Assembly: GCA_965612795.1 (NCBI GenBank) | Contig: CBFDTI010000027.1 | Span: 1 to 16,682, forward strand | DNA from: an uncultured bacterium | GTDB taxonomy: Bacteria; Hydrothermota; UBA3073; NMUJ01 | Length of the DNA: 16,682 bases | Direction of reading: 5' to 3' | Part shown: in pieces, positions 1-9,071 of the stretch | How positions within the stretch are numbered: position 1 is the first letter of the stretch | How the letters are laid out: each line of letters begins with the position of its first letter | Notes under the pieces: model-generated | Databases searched by the model: none | The model's input: only the letters and a program-made list of their open reading frames with translations | Told to the model about the DNA's origin: nothing | Position numbers and translations under genes: made by a program

Positions 1-170
1 GTGATAAACTGCAACTGAAATGTGTCGAGCTCCAACCCATTAATGAGGTTAAGCAATTGTATCTGGTGGGTGAGTGTCTTGAGTTCCTCCATAAATGTCG
101 GTTGTGCAGATAGAACCTGTACTGCCAGTATAGCCAGATAGAGGCTAAGGTTCAACCGATATCGCCACAT
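1..170 (-). CDS. Secreted hypothetical protein, N-terminal part only (runs off the window edge)
   Basis: Not in the ORF track. ATG at 170 preceded by a strong SD (AGGAGGT, 174-180). Translates MWRYRLNLSLYLAILAVQVLSA-QPTFMEELKTLTHQIQLLNLINGLELDTFQLQFI..., open to position 1, with a Sec-type signal peptide ending VLSA. Confidence 0.8.
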   Translation of the reverse strand, partial: MWRYRLNLSLYLAILAVQVLSAQPTFMEELKTLTHQIQLLNLINGLELDTFQLQFI

Positions 171-190
171 CTTACCTCCTATTTATATAA

Positions 191-216
191 AGACGTACTA
201 TATGGGGTGTAAGTTG
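191..216 (-). promoter_or_regulatory. Candidate ECF-sigma promoter (CAACTT-N15-CGTCT) for the secreted protein
   Basis: Minus strand reads CAACTTacaccccatatagtaCGTCTttatataaatAGGAGGtaagATG. AAC at -35 and CGTC at -10 fit the general ECF consensus. Confidence 0.45.
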
Positions 217-384
217 GACGTAGTTAAACCCGGACTTCTATTATCTCAAAACTCCAACGTTTGCTTGACTATGAGGGGTATCAGCCACCTACAACTCCAT
301 ACAATTTGCAGCATCTAAACACACCGATCTTTATCGTAAATACAAAATTTGTATGGTTCGGACAAATATCTGGTCACCACCAAC

Positions 385-936
385 CTATTCCACGATCTCA
401 ACCAACGTACCTTCCTTCACTAGGTTGAACAGCTCCACCACATCGCGATTCTTCATCCTTATACAACCATGTGATGCAGGTCTACCGATCAGCCACTCCT
501 CCGGCGTACCGTGAATATAAATGTGGCGGTCACGTGAATCTATACCCTCACCGCGGTTGATACCAGGTTCTAATCCTTCCAACCACATTATACGTGTGGT
601 TATGAGGTCTCCACCTGATTGCGTCGCATCCGTATGGATTGTAGCCACTCTACCTGTATCTACATTATGTTCGAATATAGCACCTATCTTAGCACCATCA
701 CCTATCTTTTTATAGATACGATGTGTACCCAGCGGTGTGCGGTTGCTACCTTTCTGGTTACCTACACCATATTTAGATGTGGATACCGGATATGTCTTGA
801 TGATTTCACTGTCTTTGACCAGATAAAGCTTCTGTTCTGAAATTTTAACAATAATCGCAAATTCGTGTGGCTTGAACCCAAACTTCTTTAATTTCTTCAG
901 TATGCGTTTCAGGGCCAACACTCCACTATCCCGCAT
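385..936 (-). CDS. L,D-transpeptidase (YkuD/ErfK family) catalytic-domain protein
   Basis: Motifs YPVSTS, TPLG, IYIHGT and the catalytic SHGCIRM. Start placed at MRDSG (936), 7 nt after the upstream stop; the 1083 start overlaps the neighbouring gene. Confidence 0.93.
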   Translation of the reverse strand: MRDSGVLALKRILKKLKKFGFKPHEFAIIVKISEQKLYLVKDSEIIKTYPVSTSKYGVGNQKGSNRTPLGTHRIYKKIGDGAKIGAIFEHNVDTGRVATIHTDATQSGGDLITTRIMWLEGLEPGINRGEGIDSRDRHIYIHGTPEEWLIGRPASHGCIRMKNRDVVELFNLVKEGTLVEIVE

Positions 937-943
937 GCATATG

Positions 944-1552
944 TTACATGACCACTCGTAACAATATAAGGCGATCGGCAGGCCCTTCTTCTGAGGTACG
1001 TATGCCGAAACCCACCTCAATGCCGGTGGTTGGTCGCCAGAATATAACAGTGTTGAGCTGCTGTAACTTAGGTAGCCACTCACCCGCTACGTACAGGTCG
1101 GGGGTTACACCAACCTCAGCCCCTACCCAGTACATATGTTTTGCGTACCCAGCATGCAGATATATGCGATCCTGCAGGTCACCAGTTGCTGCACCATACA
1201 TACCAAGCATTGCAGTGTCATCAACCTTACGTGAGTCAAACCCCACCACTACCGATATAAGGTTGAACTGTGCAACCCTATACTTGATCTGCACAGCTGG
1301 TAAGCTGTCAAACTTCGGTGTACCTGTACCCAAAATATCTCTACCACTGTAGGAGAGTCCAAACATCAAATTATCACGTGGTATCGCTGCCACCCGTAAG
1401 CTTAGCGAACCGTCACCCCCAACCTCCAACGTAAACGGAAACGTCAGCGGCTGTCCCATCAACCCCGTCGGCATATCCAGTATATAATCGTATGCCTGAA
1501 GTGGTGATACAGCTAAAATTACCAAACCGAGGGATAAAACCATGTATTTCAT
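944..1552 (-). CDS. Secreted, probable outer-membrane beta-barrel protein (YjbH-like N-terminus)
   Basis: SD GGAGGGG before ATG 1552. Signal peptide MKYMVLSLGLVILAVSPLQA, then ILDMPT (YjbH-like) and alternating amphipathic beta-strand patterns (e.g. IYLHAGY, LYVAGEW, IEVGFGI). Confidence 0.6.
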   Translation of the reverse strand: MKYMVLSLGLVILAVSPLQAYDYILDMPTGLMGQPLTFPFTLEVGGDGSLSLRVAAIPRDNLMFGLSYSGRDILGTGTPKFDSLPAVQIKYRVAQFNLISVVVGFDSRKVDDTAMLGMYGAATGDLQDRIYLHAGYAKHMYWVGAEVGVTPDLYVAGEWLPKLQQLNTVIFWRPTTGIEVGFGIRTSEEGPADRLILLRVVM

Positions 1553-1560
1553 CGCCCCTC

Positions 1561-2259
1561 CTACCAACTTCTACCTGCGCCACCACCACCGGTTAGACCG
1601 CCACCAAACCCACCAAAGCTCGAGAACCCCGATCCGAACCCACCCCTACCGGATATCCAGTACCCCGGTAGGCTCATGAAAAACAATATCGGCAATATAC
1701 GCCAACCCACGAGCATGAATAAGAGCAGGAGCAACCCCCACGGTAACATACGTGGCCTTGTAGCCGGTACCACCGGCATATCGTACGATACATCTGGTGG
1801 CGGAAACTCCACACCCGCATCCTCCGCTATGATACGCCCTATCTCTAACGTACCCGCAAGGAAGCCGTTACCGTAATCTGTACGCTTGAAATATGGTACA
1901 ACGTATTTGTCGAGTATTTCACCACACAACCCATCCGGCAATATACCCTCTACCCCATAGCCGGTGATTATCTCCACCCTCCTATCTGTGATTGCTGCAA
2001 TAAACAGTACACCATTATCTTTGCCTTTCTCACCTATACCCCACTTCTCGTATAGCTCTACCCCATAGTCACGTAGCGGTATACCCTCAGTTGTTGTGAT
2101 ACTCACCACGGCGAGTTCGGCACCCGTCTGTTGTTTGATGTACGTACAGATGTGATCAATCTGTCGCTCAACCTCCTGTGGTATAACGTCAGCAAAGTCG
2201 TTAACCCAACCCACTGGCTTAGGTATCTCAACCGCTAGCAATATGACCAGCCACAACAT
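1561..2259 (-). CDS. TPM domain protein (YgcG/DUF477 family)
   Basis: WVNDFADVI, ELAVV, WGIGEKGKDNGVL, GYGVEGILPD motifs, a C-terminal TM helix and a Gly-rich GFGGG...GGGAGRSW tail. SD GGAGGTGA immediately upstream of ATG 2259. Confidence 0.93.
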   Translation of the reverse strand: MLWLVILLAVEIPKPVGWVNDFADVIPQEVERQIDHICTYIKQQTGAELAVVSITTTEGIPLRDYGVELYEKWGIGEKGKDNGVLFIAAITDRRVEIITGYGVEGILPDGLCGEILDKYVVPYFKRTDYGNGFLAGTLEIGRIIAEDAGVEFPPPDVSYDMPVVPATRPRMLPWGLLLLLFMLVGWRILPILFFMSLPGYWISGRGGFGSGFSSFGGFGGGLTGGGGAGRSW

Positions 2260-2261
2260 GT

Positions 2262-2735
2262 TCACCTCCATACATTATCGTTATCAGCATTCCGGTCACC
2301 ATCCAGATTGCTATAATATAAGTCAGTGGGTATCGTATCTTCATCTGGTGATCGGTAACCTACAAGTGTAGGGGGTTGATAACGTTCGATATCTTCTGGA
2401 TGGTACACTATCCGATGTATGCGCTGGATAGTTAATTTAATTCCAGCATATGGATATGGTCCCCCTGGCTTACAACTTGTATATATGCGGATCCTGAGAT
2501 ACGCGGTGAGTTCGAGCTGCTTCGATTCACCCAAATAATGTACGAGTGCAATAGTTATATTGGCGATATGATAGCCATTGATATAACCATCGGAATTGAA
2601 TTTTACAGTAAAGGTTGGATATTCTGGCAGACTGTAGAATTGTGATGCTGGTGGGATGAATTTATGTTCTACCGGCACAGATATTGGATGTGATCTCTTT
2701 ATAATAAAAAAAGCAACATAAACTTTCGGGCTCAT
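2262..2735 (-). pseudogene. Internally deleted remnant of a C25-family (gingipain-like) cysteine peptidase
   Basis: Propeptide-like segment (Y..YP...GYHIANITI..HY..SKQL) joined directly to IPTDLYYSNLDGD(R)NADNDNVW, which resembles the C25 motif ptDlYYsdLDGdWnadgD..wGE as recalled. Far too short for C25 and lacks the catalytic His/Cys region. Confidence 0.65.
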
Positions 2736-2755
2736 TGTATCTCCATCACAACAAT

Positions 2756-2782
2756 AAGGTATTGCGGTATTTGTGGGGTCAA
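2756..2782 (-). promoter_or_regulatory. Putative housekeeping promoter TTGACC-N15-TACCTT
   Basis: Read directly; lies upstream of the C25 remnant/TPM/OMP/LDT block and matches six other operon-head motifs in the window. Confidence 0.55.
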
Positions 2783-2853
2783 TAGAGCGCTTGGATAATT
2801 TGGCCATGGATCGAAAATTGCCAAGTTAAAATTATAACACAGAGGAACGGCTC

Positions 2854-3528
2854 TCATCTTCTGCTATGTATTAACCGCCATTCACCATCCTCGTATCTTA
2901 GATAACCCCACGATTTCGTCCATACCGGTAATATTATCAATTTACTGCCGTCCTTCTCTTTTATACAAGGTGTATGGTAGTGCCCTACTACTACCACATC
3001 ATAGTATTTACGAAGTGTGGCCCAGTTGGCTTCTATTTTACTCCACATACGACGTCTGTTACGTAGTCGATCCCACAAGCATGAGGTTTTTGCCCATAAC
3101 AGGCCAGCCTCAAACAATGTCTCCCTCGGTACTATGCTACTGAGCAGGTGGCCAGCTTTACTTCTTAACATGAATTTTTGTCCCCGCGATAATCCTTCCA
3201 AATTGTGAGCTATAAACACCTTATTGGTTCCAATATCAATAGCTATGCGGTCACCTACCCACAATCCCATAGATTTGAACCTCTCCACAGGGTACATTTC
3301 GTGGTTACCCAATACATAATAGACTTTCGTCCCCCTGTGCATGAGCTGGGTAAGCGCCTGCATCACCTCGCTATATGCCTTAGGTATATGATATTCAAAG
3401 TAGAAGTCGAATATATCGCCCACCATGAATAGATGGTCCACCTCCCCACATATCTTGTACAACCATCGCAGGAACCGTCCATCGTTCTTTCTCCCTAAGT
3501 GTACGTCTGCTACGAAATATGCTATCAT
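2854..3528 (-). CDS. Calcineurin-like metallophosphoesterase, LpxH-like (UDP-2,3-diacylglucosamine diphosphatase family)
   Basis: Motifs DVHLG, GDIFD, GNHE, AH(N), GHYH. ATGA overlap with the mnmE stop. Confidence 0.78.
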   Translation of the reverse strand: MIAYFVADVHLGRKNDGRFLRWLYKICGEVDHLFMVGDIFDFYFEYHIPKAYSEVMQALTQLMHRGTKVYYVLGNHEMYPVERFKSMGLWVGDRIAIDIGTNKVFIAHNLEGLSRGQKFMLRSKAGHLLSSIVPRETLFEAGLLWAKTSCLWDRLRNRRRMWSKIEANWATLRKYYDVVVVGHYHTPCIKEKDGSKLIILPVWTKSWGYLRYEDGEWRLIHSRR

Positions 3529-4886
3529 TTACCTACACAGAAAGATGCAAATATCCTATCAAATATATCTTCAGCTGTCACCTCACCTGTTATTTTACCT
3601 AATGCATTGATTGCACACCGTACTTCATACGCTACGAGGTCGAGTGTAAGTTCATGCCATCCCTCACATATACGTGTGAGAGCTGCATGTGCCTCACGTA
3701 GAGCTTCAACCTGATACTCATGTAACATCACATATGTACCAGGTTGCATATCAAGTAAGTTAGCAATCGTACTAACCAATTCGTTTATATTCCTGTGTTT
3801 AAGTGCCGATACACTGACGATGGGAAAGTTAAAACCTTTCATAGCCTTACCATCAACCTTAGACGGTAGATCGTTCTTATTCAATACACCAATTATTGGC
3901 TTATTGGGTAATTTCTTTATTGTATCGATATCTTCATCCAGTATACCTTCACTTTGATCAAACACATAGATGATACCCCATGCACGCATAACTGCACGAC
4001 GTGCACGTTCCACACCTATCTGTTCAACTGGATCGCTGGTATCCCTAATACCTGCTGTGTCTACAAGTTTAACCGGCACACCCTTAACGTCTATCCAACC
4101 CTCAAGCAAATCCCGTGTGGTACCCGGATATGGGGTGACGATTGCACGCTCCTCCTCAAGTAGTGCATTGAATACGCTTGATTTACCTACGTTGGGTCTA
4201 CCGATGATGGCCAATTCTACACCTTCACGCAGTAGCTTGCCACGTTGCGCCTCTTCCAATAGTGTGGCGATATTGTCTTTTATGTTACACAGACGTTCGT
4301 ACATACCTTCGACCAGCGTCTCATCTGCATCATCCGGAAAGTCGATCACAAACTCTAAGTGTGTGAAAATATCCACAAGCTTATCCTTTAACTCACCCAT
4401 ACGGGTGCTTAGTTTACCCTCGAGCTGTGCTACCGCCTCGTAAAGTGCCTCTTCGGTCTTTGCACGTACAATCTCCAGCACCGCCTGTGCTTGGGTGAGA
4501 TCAATCCTACCATGTAATACCGCACGTTGGGTAAATTCGCCCGGTCGTGCCAATCTTGCTCCATGTTTTAATAGCAACTCCAGTATCTTACGTAGAGGTG
4601 CCTGCCCACCATGTGCATTGATCTCCACCATATCCTCTCGTGTATAGGTGTGAGGTGCACGCATCACCATAACAAGTACCTCATCCACCACCTTATCTGT
4701 GGCAGGATCCACTATCTTCCCGTAGTGTATGGTATGTGTGGGTGCATCCATTATCTTGGTTTTACCACGAAATATCTTATCCACAACTTTGAACGCCTCC
4801 TTACCCGTAAGCCTTACGATCCCGATGGCGGATTCACCCAGCGGGGTAGCAATCGCTGCTATGGTATCGTCAATTCTTACTATCAT
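3525..4886 (-). CDS. mnmE: tRNA uridine-5-carboxymethylaminomethyl(34) synthesis GTPase MnmE
   Basis: DTIAAIATP N-terminus, G1 GRPNVGKSS, PGTTRD, DTAG, NKND and C-terminal FCVGK. ATG 4886 overlaps the PBP1A stop (TGATG). Confidence 0.98.
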   Translation of the reverse strand: MIVRIDDTIAAIATPLGESAIGIVRLTGKEAFKVVDKIFRGKTKIMDAPTHTIHYGKIVDPATDKVVDEVLVMVMRAPHTYTREDMVEINAHGGQAPLRKILELLLKHGARLARPGEFTQRAVLHGRIDLTQAQAVLEIVRAKTEEALYEAVAQLEGKLSTRMGELKDKLVDIFTHLEFVIDFPDDADETLVEGMYERLCNIKDNIATLLEEAQRGKLLREGVELAIIGRPNVGKSSVFNALLEEERAIVTPYPGTTRDLLEGWIDVKGVPVKLVDTAGIRDTSDPVEQIGVERARRAVMRAWGIIYVFDQSEGILDEDIDTIKKLPNKPIIGVLNKNDLPSKVDGKAMKGFNFPIVSVSALKHRNINELVSTIANLLDMQPGTYVMLHEYQVEALREAHAALTRICEGWHELTLDLVAYEVRCAINALGKITGEVTAEDIFDRIFASFCVGK

Positions 4887-6886
4887 CAAGGTAATAGGTC
4901 TTTGCGTTCAAATTCAATGATATGCTCTTTGGGTTTATGATGTATATCACAGTATTGACGCGGTTCAGTACCTGCGATATAAACCTCGTCACGCGTATGT
5001 TTACAGTAAGGGGTGGCAAGCTTACCACTCTCGTCACATATCCTACGTGTGACAATACCTGGGGGTTGTATAAACTTTAACGTATCATCTGCATCTATCT
5101 GTTTCATGATCTTTGCCCACAACGGGGCAGCTACATTGCCACCAACTGCGTGGTCGGCAATCTTCCTAAGTGAATCAAACCCCACCCATACACCTGCAAG
5201 TAACCTTGGTGTATACCCTATAAACCATGCATCCGTAGAGTTGTCAGTGGTGCCAGTCTTACCAGCAGCTTCACCTTTAAACCCGAAATATCGTATCGAG
5301 CGTGCAGTACCCTCGTCAACTACACTTTTAAGTAATGATGTCATCACATACGCAACCTGTGGTGATATTGCACGTACTGAATCGTTACGTGCCTCAAATA
5401 GCACATTACCGGTACGATCTACCACTCTTCTCACAAATATGGGTGCCTTGTAAATACCATATGCTGCTATAGTGGCATAGGCGTTACACATTTCGAGTAG
5501 TGTCACACCTGATGTACCCAAAGCTAACGAATATACTGGCATTAAGGGTGACCTTATCCCCATACGTTTGGCAACATCTACCACCGCGTCAGGACCTACC
5601 TCATAGCCTAATCTTACTGCTACAAGGTTACGTGATAGCGCTATCGCCTTACGCATAGTTATAGGGCCATAATATACGCTATCATAGTTGATGGGTGAGT
5701 AGACTTCACCCGTCACCAGCGGGATCGATATGGGCTTATCCTCCACTATTGTAGACGCTGTATAGCCACGTTCGAGTGCCGCTATCCATACAAATGGTTT
5801 GAAAGCTGAACCTGCCTGCCGACGTGCCTGTGTGGCACGATTGAATTGGCTACGCCTAAAATCGCGGCCACCCAACAATGCCTTGACTTCACGTGTGTTG
5901 GGATCGAGTACCACCACTGCTAGCTCCAATGGATGTAGCGAATCATCTTCTATGTCAAACGTCTTGTAGAGATAGTCCATATGTTTAGCAGCTTCATCCT
6001 CTACCACCCGCTGTATGGTGGTATCCAGGGTGGTGTAAATCTTTACCCCACCCTCATATAGTAAGTAGCTACCAAATTGCTTAATGAACCACCTACGTAC
6101 TTCTTCAATAAAATACGTACCCAGTTGCTGATGTATTGGTGACTGTACATGTAAGGGTAGCTGTTTGAGGCTATCCGCAACGTTTGGCTCGATATACCCA
6201 AAACGTGCCATCTCATCAAGTATGTGGTTCCTTATACGTAGCACCCTATCCGGATGTTTATAGGGGTCGAAATCTGCGGGTGCCCTTATTATGGGGATAA
6301 GGGTGGCTGCTTCATCGGGTGTGATATCACGTGCGGATTTACCGAAATAGCCTTTGGAGGCTGCTTCCACCCCGTATAGACCGTTACCAAAATAGATATG
6401 GTTGAGATACATCTCCAATATCTCATCTTTTGAGAATTCCTTTTCCAATCGCCATGCCATCAATATCTCACGAAACTTACGTACGATGGATTTCTCAGGA
6501 TACAGGAAGAACAGACGTGCCAATTGCTGCGTGATAGTGCTTGTCCCCCGTAAGGGACGTTTATAACGTATGTTCATCCATATAGCACGTACCATGCTGC
6601 GTGGCATCACACCCGTGTGCTCGTAAAAGTGGCGATCTTCGCTCACCAACAATGCATGTATTATGTGGGGCGATATCTCATCAAGTGGTACAGGTTCGCG
6701 ACGCTCACGATAGAACTCGTAGATAAGGTTACCATTACAGTCGTATAGTTTGGTACTTACCGGTGGGGAATAATCCTCTATGAACTCAATTGGTGGTAAC
6801 GTCCTAGCAAACCCATACATTAGCGCAAGTATTACACCCCAGATAAATGAACCCATCCCTATGCCCATAACTATAAGGTTGCGCAT
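4886..6886 (-). CDS. mrcA: Class A penicillin-binding protein (PBP1A family)
   Basis: N-terminal TM; transglycosylase motifs EDRHFYEHTG, GTSTITQQL, RKFRE, KDEILEMYLN; transpeptidase SAFK, SRN, KTG; C-terminal Cys/His-containing tail (ICDESG..PYC..GTEP..YC..H). Confidence 0.96.
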   Translation of the reverse strand: MRNLIVMGIGMGSFIWGVILALMYGFARTLPPIEFIEDYSPPVSTKLYDCNGNLIYEFYRERREPVPLDEISPHIIHALLVSEDRHFYEHTGVMPRSMVRAIWMNIRYKRPLRGTSTITQQLARLFFLYPEKSIVRKFREILMAWRLEKEFSKDEILEMYLNHIYFGNGLYGVEAASKGYFGKSARDITPDEAATLIPIIRAPADFDPYKHPDRVLRIRNHILDEMARFGYIEPNVADSLKQLPLHVQSPIHQQLGTYFIEEVRRWFIKQFGSYLLYEGGVKIYTTLDTTIQRVVEDEAAKHMDYLYKTFDIEDDSLHPLELAVVVLDPNTREVKALLGGRDFRRSQFNRATQARRQAGSAFKPFVWIAALERGYTASTIVEDKPISIPLVTGEVYSPINYDSVYYGPITMRKAIALSRNLVAVRLGYEVGPDAVVDVAKRMGIRSPLMPVYSLALGTSGVTLLEMCNAYATIAAYGIYKAPIFVRRVVDRTGNVLFEARNDSVRAISPQVAYVMTSLLKSVVDEGTARSIRYFGFKGEAAGKTGTTDNSTDAWFIGYTPRLLAGVWVGFDSLRKIADHAVGGNVAAPLWAKIMKQIDADDTLKFIQPPGIVTRRICDESGKLATPYCKHTRDEVYIAGTEPRQYCDIHHKPKEHIIEFERKDLLP

Positions 6887-6892
6887 CTTTTA

Positions 6893-6919
6893 AAAATATT
6901 TGAATACCCGTAAAATCAA
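6893..6919 (-). promoter_or_regulatory. Putative promoter TTGATT-N15-TATTTT, predicted leaderless start at the PBP1A ATG
   Basis: The -10 element ends 6 nt before ATG 6886; no SD present. Confidence 0.6.
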
Positions 6920-6939
6920 CCTCATCAACCAAACAGCAG

Positions 6940-6967
6940 TTGACCATAAACGTATATGCGTTAATTT
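6940..6967 (+). promoter_or_regulatory. Putative promoter TTGACC-N16-TAATTT for murB-wecB
   Basis: In the AT-rich divergent intergenic region, back to back with the PBP1A promoter. Confidence 0.55.
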
Positions 6968-7032
6968 AAAATAGAGGCGTATAAGTTGTTATCTAATTTA
7001 TTAATAGTGAAAACGTTTTAAAATTTTGCGAA

Positions 7033-7884
7033 ATGGAGATACGGTATAACGAACCACTTTCGAAACATACCACGTTTAAAATAGGGGGGCCTGCACGTGT
7101 GATGGTCATCGTGCGTAATCTTGACGAATTACTTAATGCACTCGAATGGGCACACCGTGAGGGATGGCCCACTTATGTAATAGGCGGTGGTTCCAACCTT
7201 CTAGTACATGACGAGGGGTTTCCAGGGATGGTGATTAAGATGGCAACTTCGGAGTATCGGTTTGACAATAATTATCTGATTGCACAGGCTGGTATACCAT
7301 TGGCAACCTTGCTTATGAATTGTATGGAGCGCGGGCTTAGTGGGATAGAGTTTCTTGCTGGTATACCTGGTACGCTTGGTGGTGCTATATACATGAATGC
7401 GGGGCTCAAAAAGATTACAATGAAAGATGTTGTCGAAGATGTGGAAATCCTCAACAACAGAGGTGAAATCCAGACGTTGGGGTTGGAAGAACTCGAGTTT
7501 GGCTACCGTCAGAGTAGGTTTCACAATACGCGTGAGATAATACTTGGGGCAAAACTGCGACTTAACCCAGAAAACCCTGAAACCATAAGGGCACGTGTTA
7601 ACGATCTCATCCAAAAACGTAGGCACCGTATACCGTTGGAATATCCAAGTGGTGGCAGCATATTCCGTAACCCAGCCAACGATTATGCAGGTAGGCTCAT
7701 AGAGCAGTGTGGGTTGAAAGGGTTACAAATTGGTAAAGCTATGATCTCACGTAAGCACGCCAATTTCATAATCAATCTAGGAGGCGCAACCTTCAAAGAT
7801 GTTTGGCAACTCATAGAGATAGCAAGGGACAAAGTTAAGGAGCAATTCGATATCGAGCTGGAACTCGAAATCGAAATCTTATGA
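7033..7884 (+). CDS. murB: UDP-N-acetylmuramate dehydrogenase MurB
   Basis: HTTFKIGGPA, IGGGSNLL, GIPGTLGGAIYMNAG, FGYRQS, SGGSIFRNP, KHANFIIN and C-terminal LELEI. Confidence 0.97.
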   Translation: MEIRYNEPLSKHTTFKIGGPARVMVIVRNLDELLNALEWAHREGWPTYVIGGGSNLLVHDEGFPGMVIKMATSEYRFDNNYLIAQAGIPLATLLMNCMERGLSGIEFLAGIPGTLGGAIYMNAGLKKITMKDVVEDVEILNNRGEIQTLGLEELEFGYRQSRFHNTREIILGAKLRLNPENPETIRARVNDLIQKRRHRIPLEYPSGGSIFRNPANDYAGRLIEQCGLKGLQIGKAMISRKHANFIINLGGATFKDVWQLIEIARDKVKEQFDIELELEIEIL

Positions 7885-9020
7885 TGAAGCTCGCCATCGT
7901 TGTGGGGGCACGTCCCAATTTCATGAAAATAACCCCTATACTCAAGGCGATCGGCCAACATAACGCAGTAAGTAGGTCTACATTCCATACATTGCTTATA
8001 CATACGGGACAACACCATGATTATGAGATGTCGAAAATATTCTTCAAAGATCTGGATATACCAGAACCTCATATATATCTGGGTATAGGGTCGGGTACAC
8101 ATGGAGAACAGACTGGTAAGATGTTGATCGCACTCGAACATGTATTCATGGAACAACAGCCCAACCTCGTAATGGTAGTAGGTGATGTTAACTCCACACT
8201 AGCAGGTGCATTGGCAGCTGCTAAATTACATATACCGGTGGCACATGTGGAGGCAGGGTTACGTTGCTTCGACATGCAGATGCCGGAGGAGCTCAACCGC
8301 ATACTTACAGATAGGGTATCTGAGTTGCTATTCACCCCCGTACGGGAGGCGAATTACAATCTCATACGTGAAGGTGTACCTGAATATAAAATATTTCTTG
8401 TAGGTGATGTAATGATAGACGTATTAATAGAGAATTTGGATAAAGCACGTAACCGCAAAATACACAACCGTATGGGGTTAGATCATCTGCAATATGGAGT
8501 GGTAACGCTACATCGTGCGGAAAATGTCGATAACCCTGACAGACTCTATTCGGTGTTGGATGCACTCAATGAAATATGTAAGGATATACCACTTATATTT
8601 CCCATACATCCGCGTACACGTAAAAGGATAGAAGAGTTTGGGTTCACCAATATGATAAGCGAATGGACTGGTAATCGTATCAAACAGCCTGGCCTTTATG
8701 CGATGAAACCTATCGGTTACCTCGATTTTGTATCACTTGAGATGCATGCCACTATTGTGTTTACAGACTCAGGTGGCATACAGAAGGAAACGATGATGTT
8801 AAACATACCATGCTTGACATTACGTAATCGTACCGAGTATCCGTTCACACTTACACGTGGTACAAATACACTTGTAGGCACGGATAAGCAACTAATAATT
8901 CACGAGGCACATAAAGTACTTGCAGGTAACTGCAAACATGCTGATACCATCCCTTTATGGGATGGTAAAGCTGCCACCCGTATAGTGGATGTGATTGCGA
9001 ATTGGTATGGTATGAACTGA
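7881..9020 (+). CDS. wecB: UDP-N-acetylglucosamine 2-epimerase (non-hydrolysing)
   Basis: VGARPNFMK, HTGQH, GDVNST, HVEAGLR, PEELNR, TLHRAEN, TDSGGIQ, WDGKAA. ATGA overlap with murB. Confidence 0.96.
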   Translation: MMKLAIVVGARPNFMKITPILKAIGQHNAVSRSTFHTLLIHTGQHHDYEMSKIFFKDLDIPEPHIYLGIGSGTHGEQTGKMLIALEHVFMEQQPNLVMVVGDVNSTLAGALAAAKLHIPVAHVEAGLRCFDMQMPEELNRILTDRVSELLFTPVREANYNLIREGVPEYKIFLVGDVMIDVLIENLDKARNRKIHNRMGLDHLQYGVVTLHRAENVDNPDRLYSVLDALNEICKDIPLIFPIHPRTRKRIEEFGFTNMISEWTGNRIKQPGLYAMKPIGYLDFVSLEMHATIVFTDSGGIQKETMMLNIPCLTLRNRTEYPFTLTRGTNTLVGTDKQLIIHEAHKVLAGNCKHADTIPLWDGKAATRIVDVIANWYGMN

Positions 9021-9038
9021 ATTACCTTTGTGGATGGA

Positions 9039-9065
9039 TTGACTTAATCGGAAACATCTTATACT
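9039..9065 (+). promoter_or_regulatory. Putative promoter TTGACT-N15-TATACT, predicted leaderless start at ATG 9072
   Basis: The -10 element ends 6 nt before the ATG; no properly spaced SD. Confidence 0.6.
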
Positions 9066-9071
9066 AATAGG

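Noticed and set aside
937..1083. 49-aa N-terminal extension of the LDT ORF
   Set aside because: Overlaps the OM-protein gene out of frame and has no signal-peptide character.
7010..7027. Palindromes AAAACGTTTT and AAAATTTT upstream of murB
   Set aside because: Low-complexity AT palindromes expected by chance; no second copy seen.
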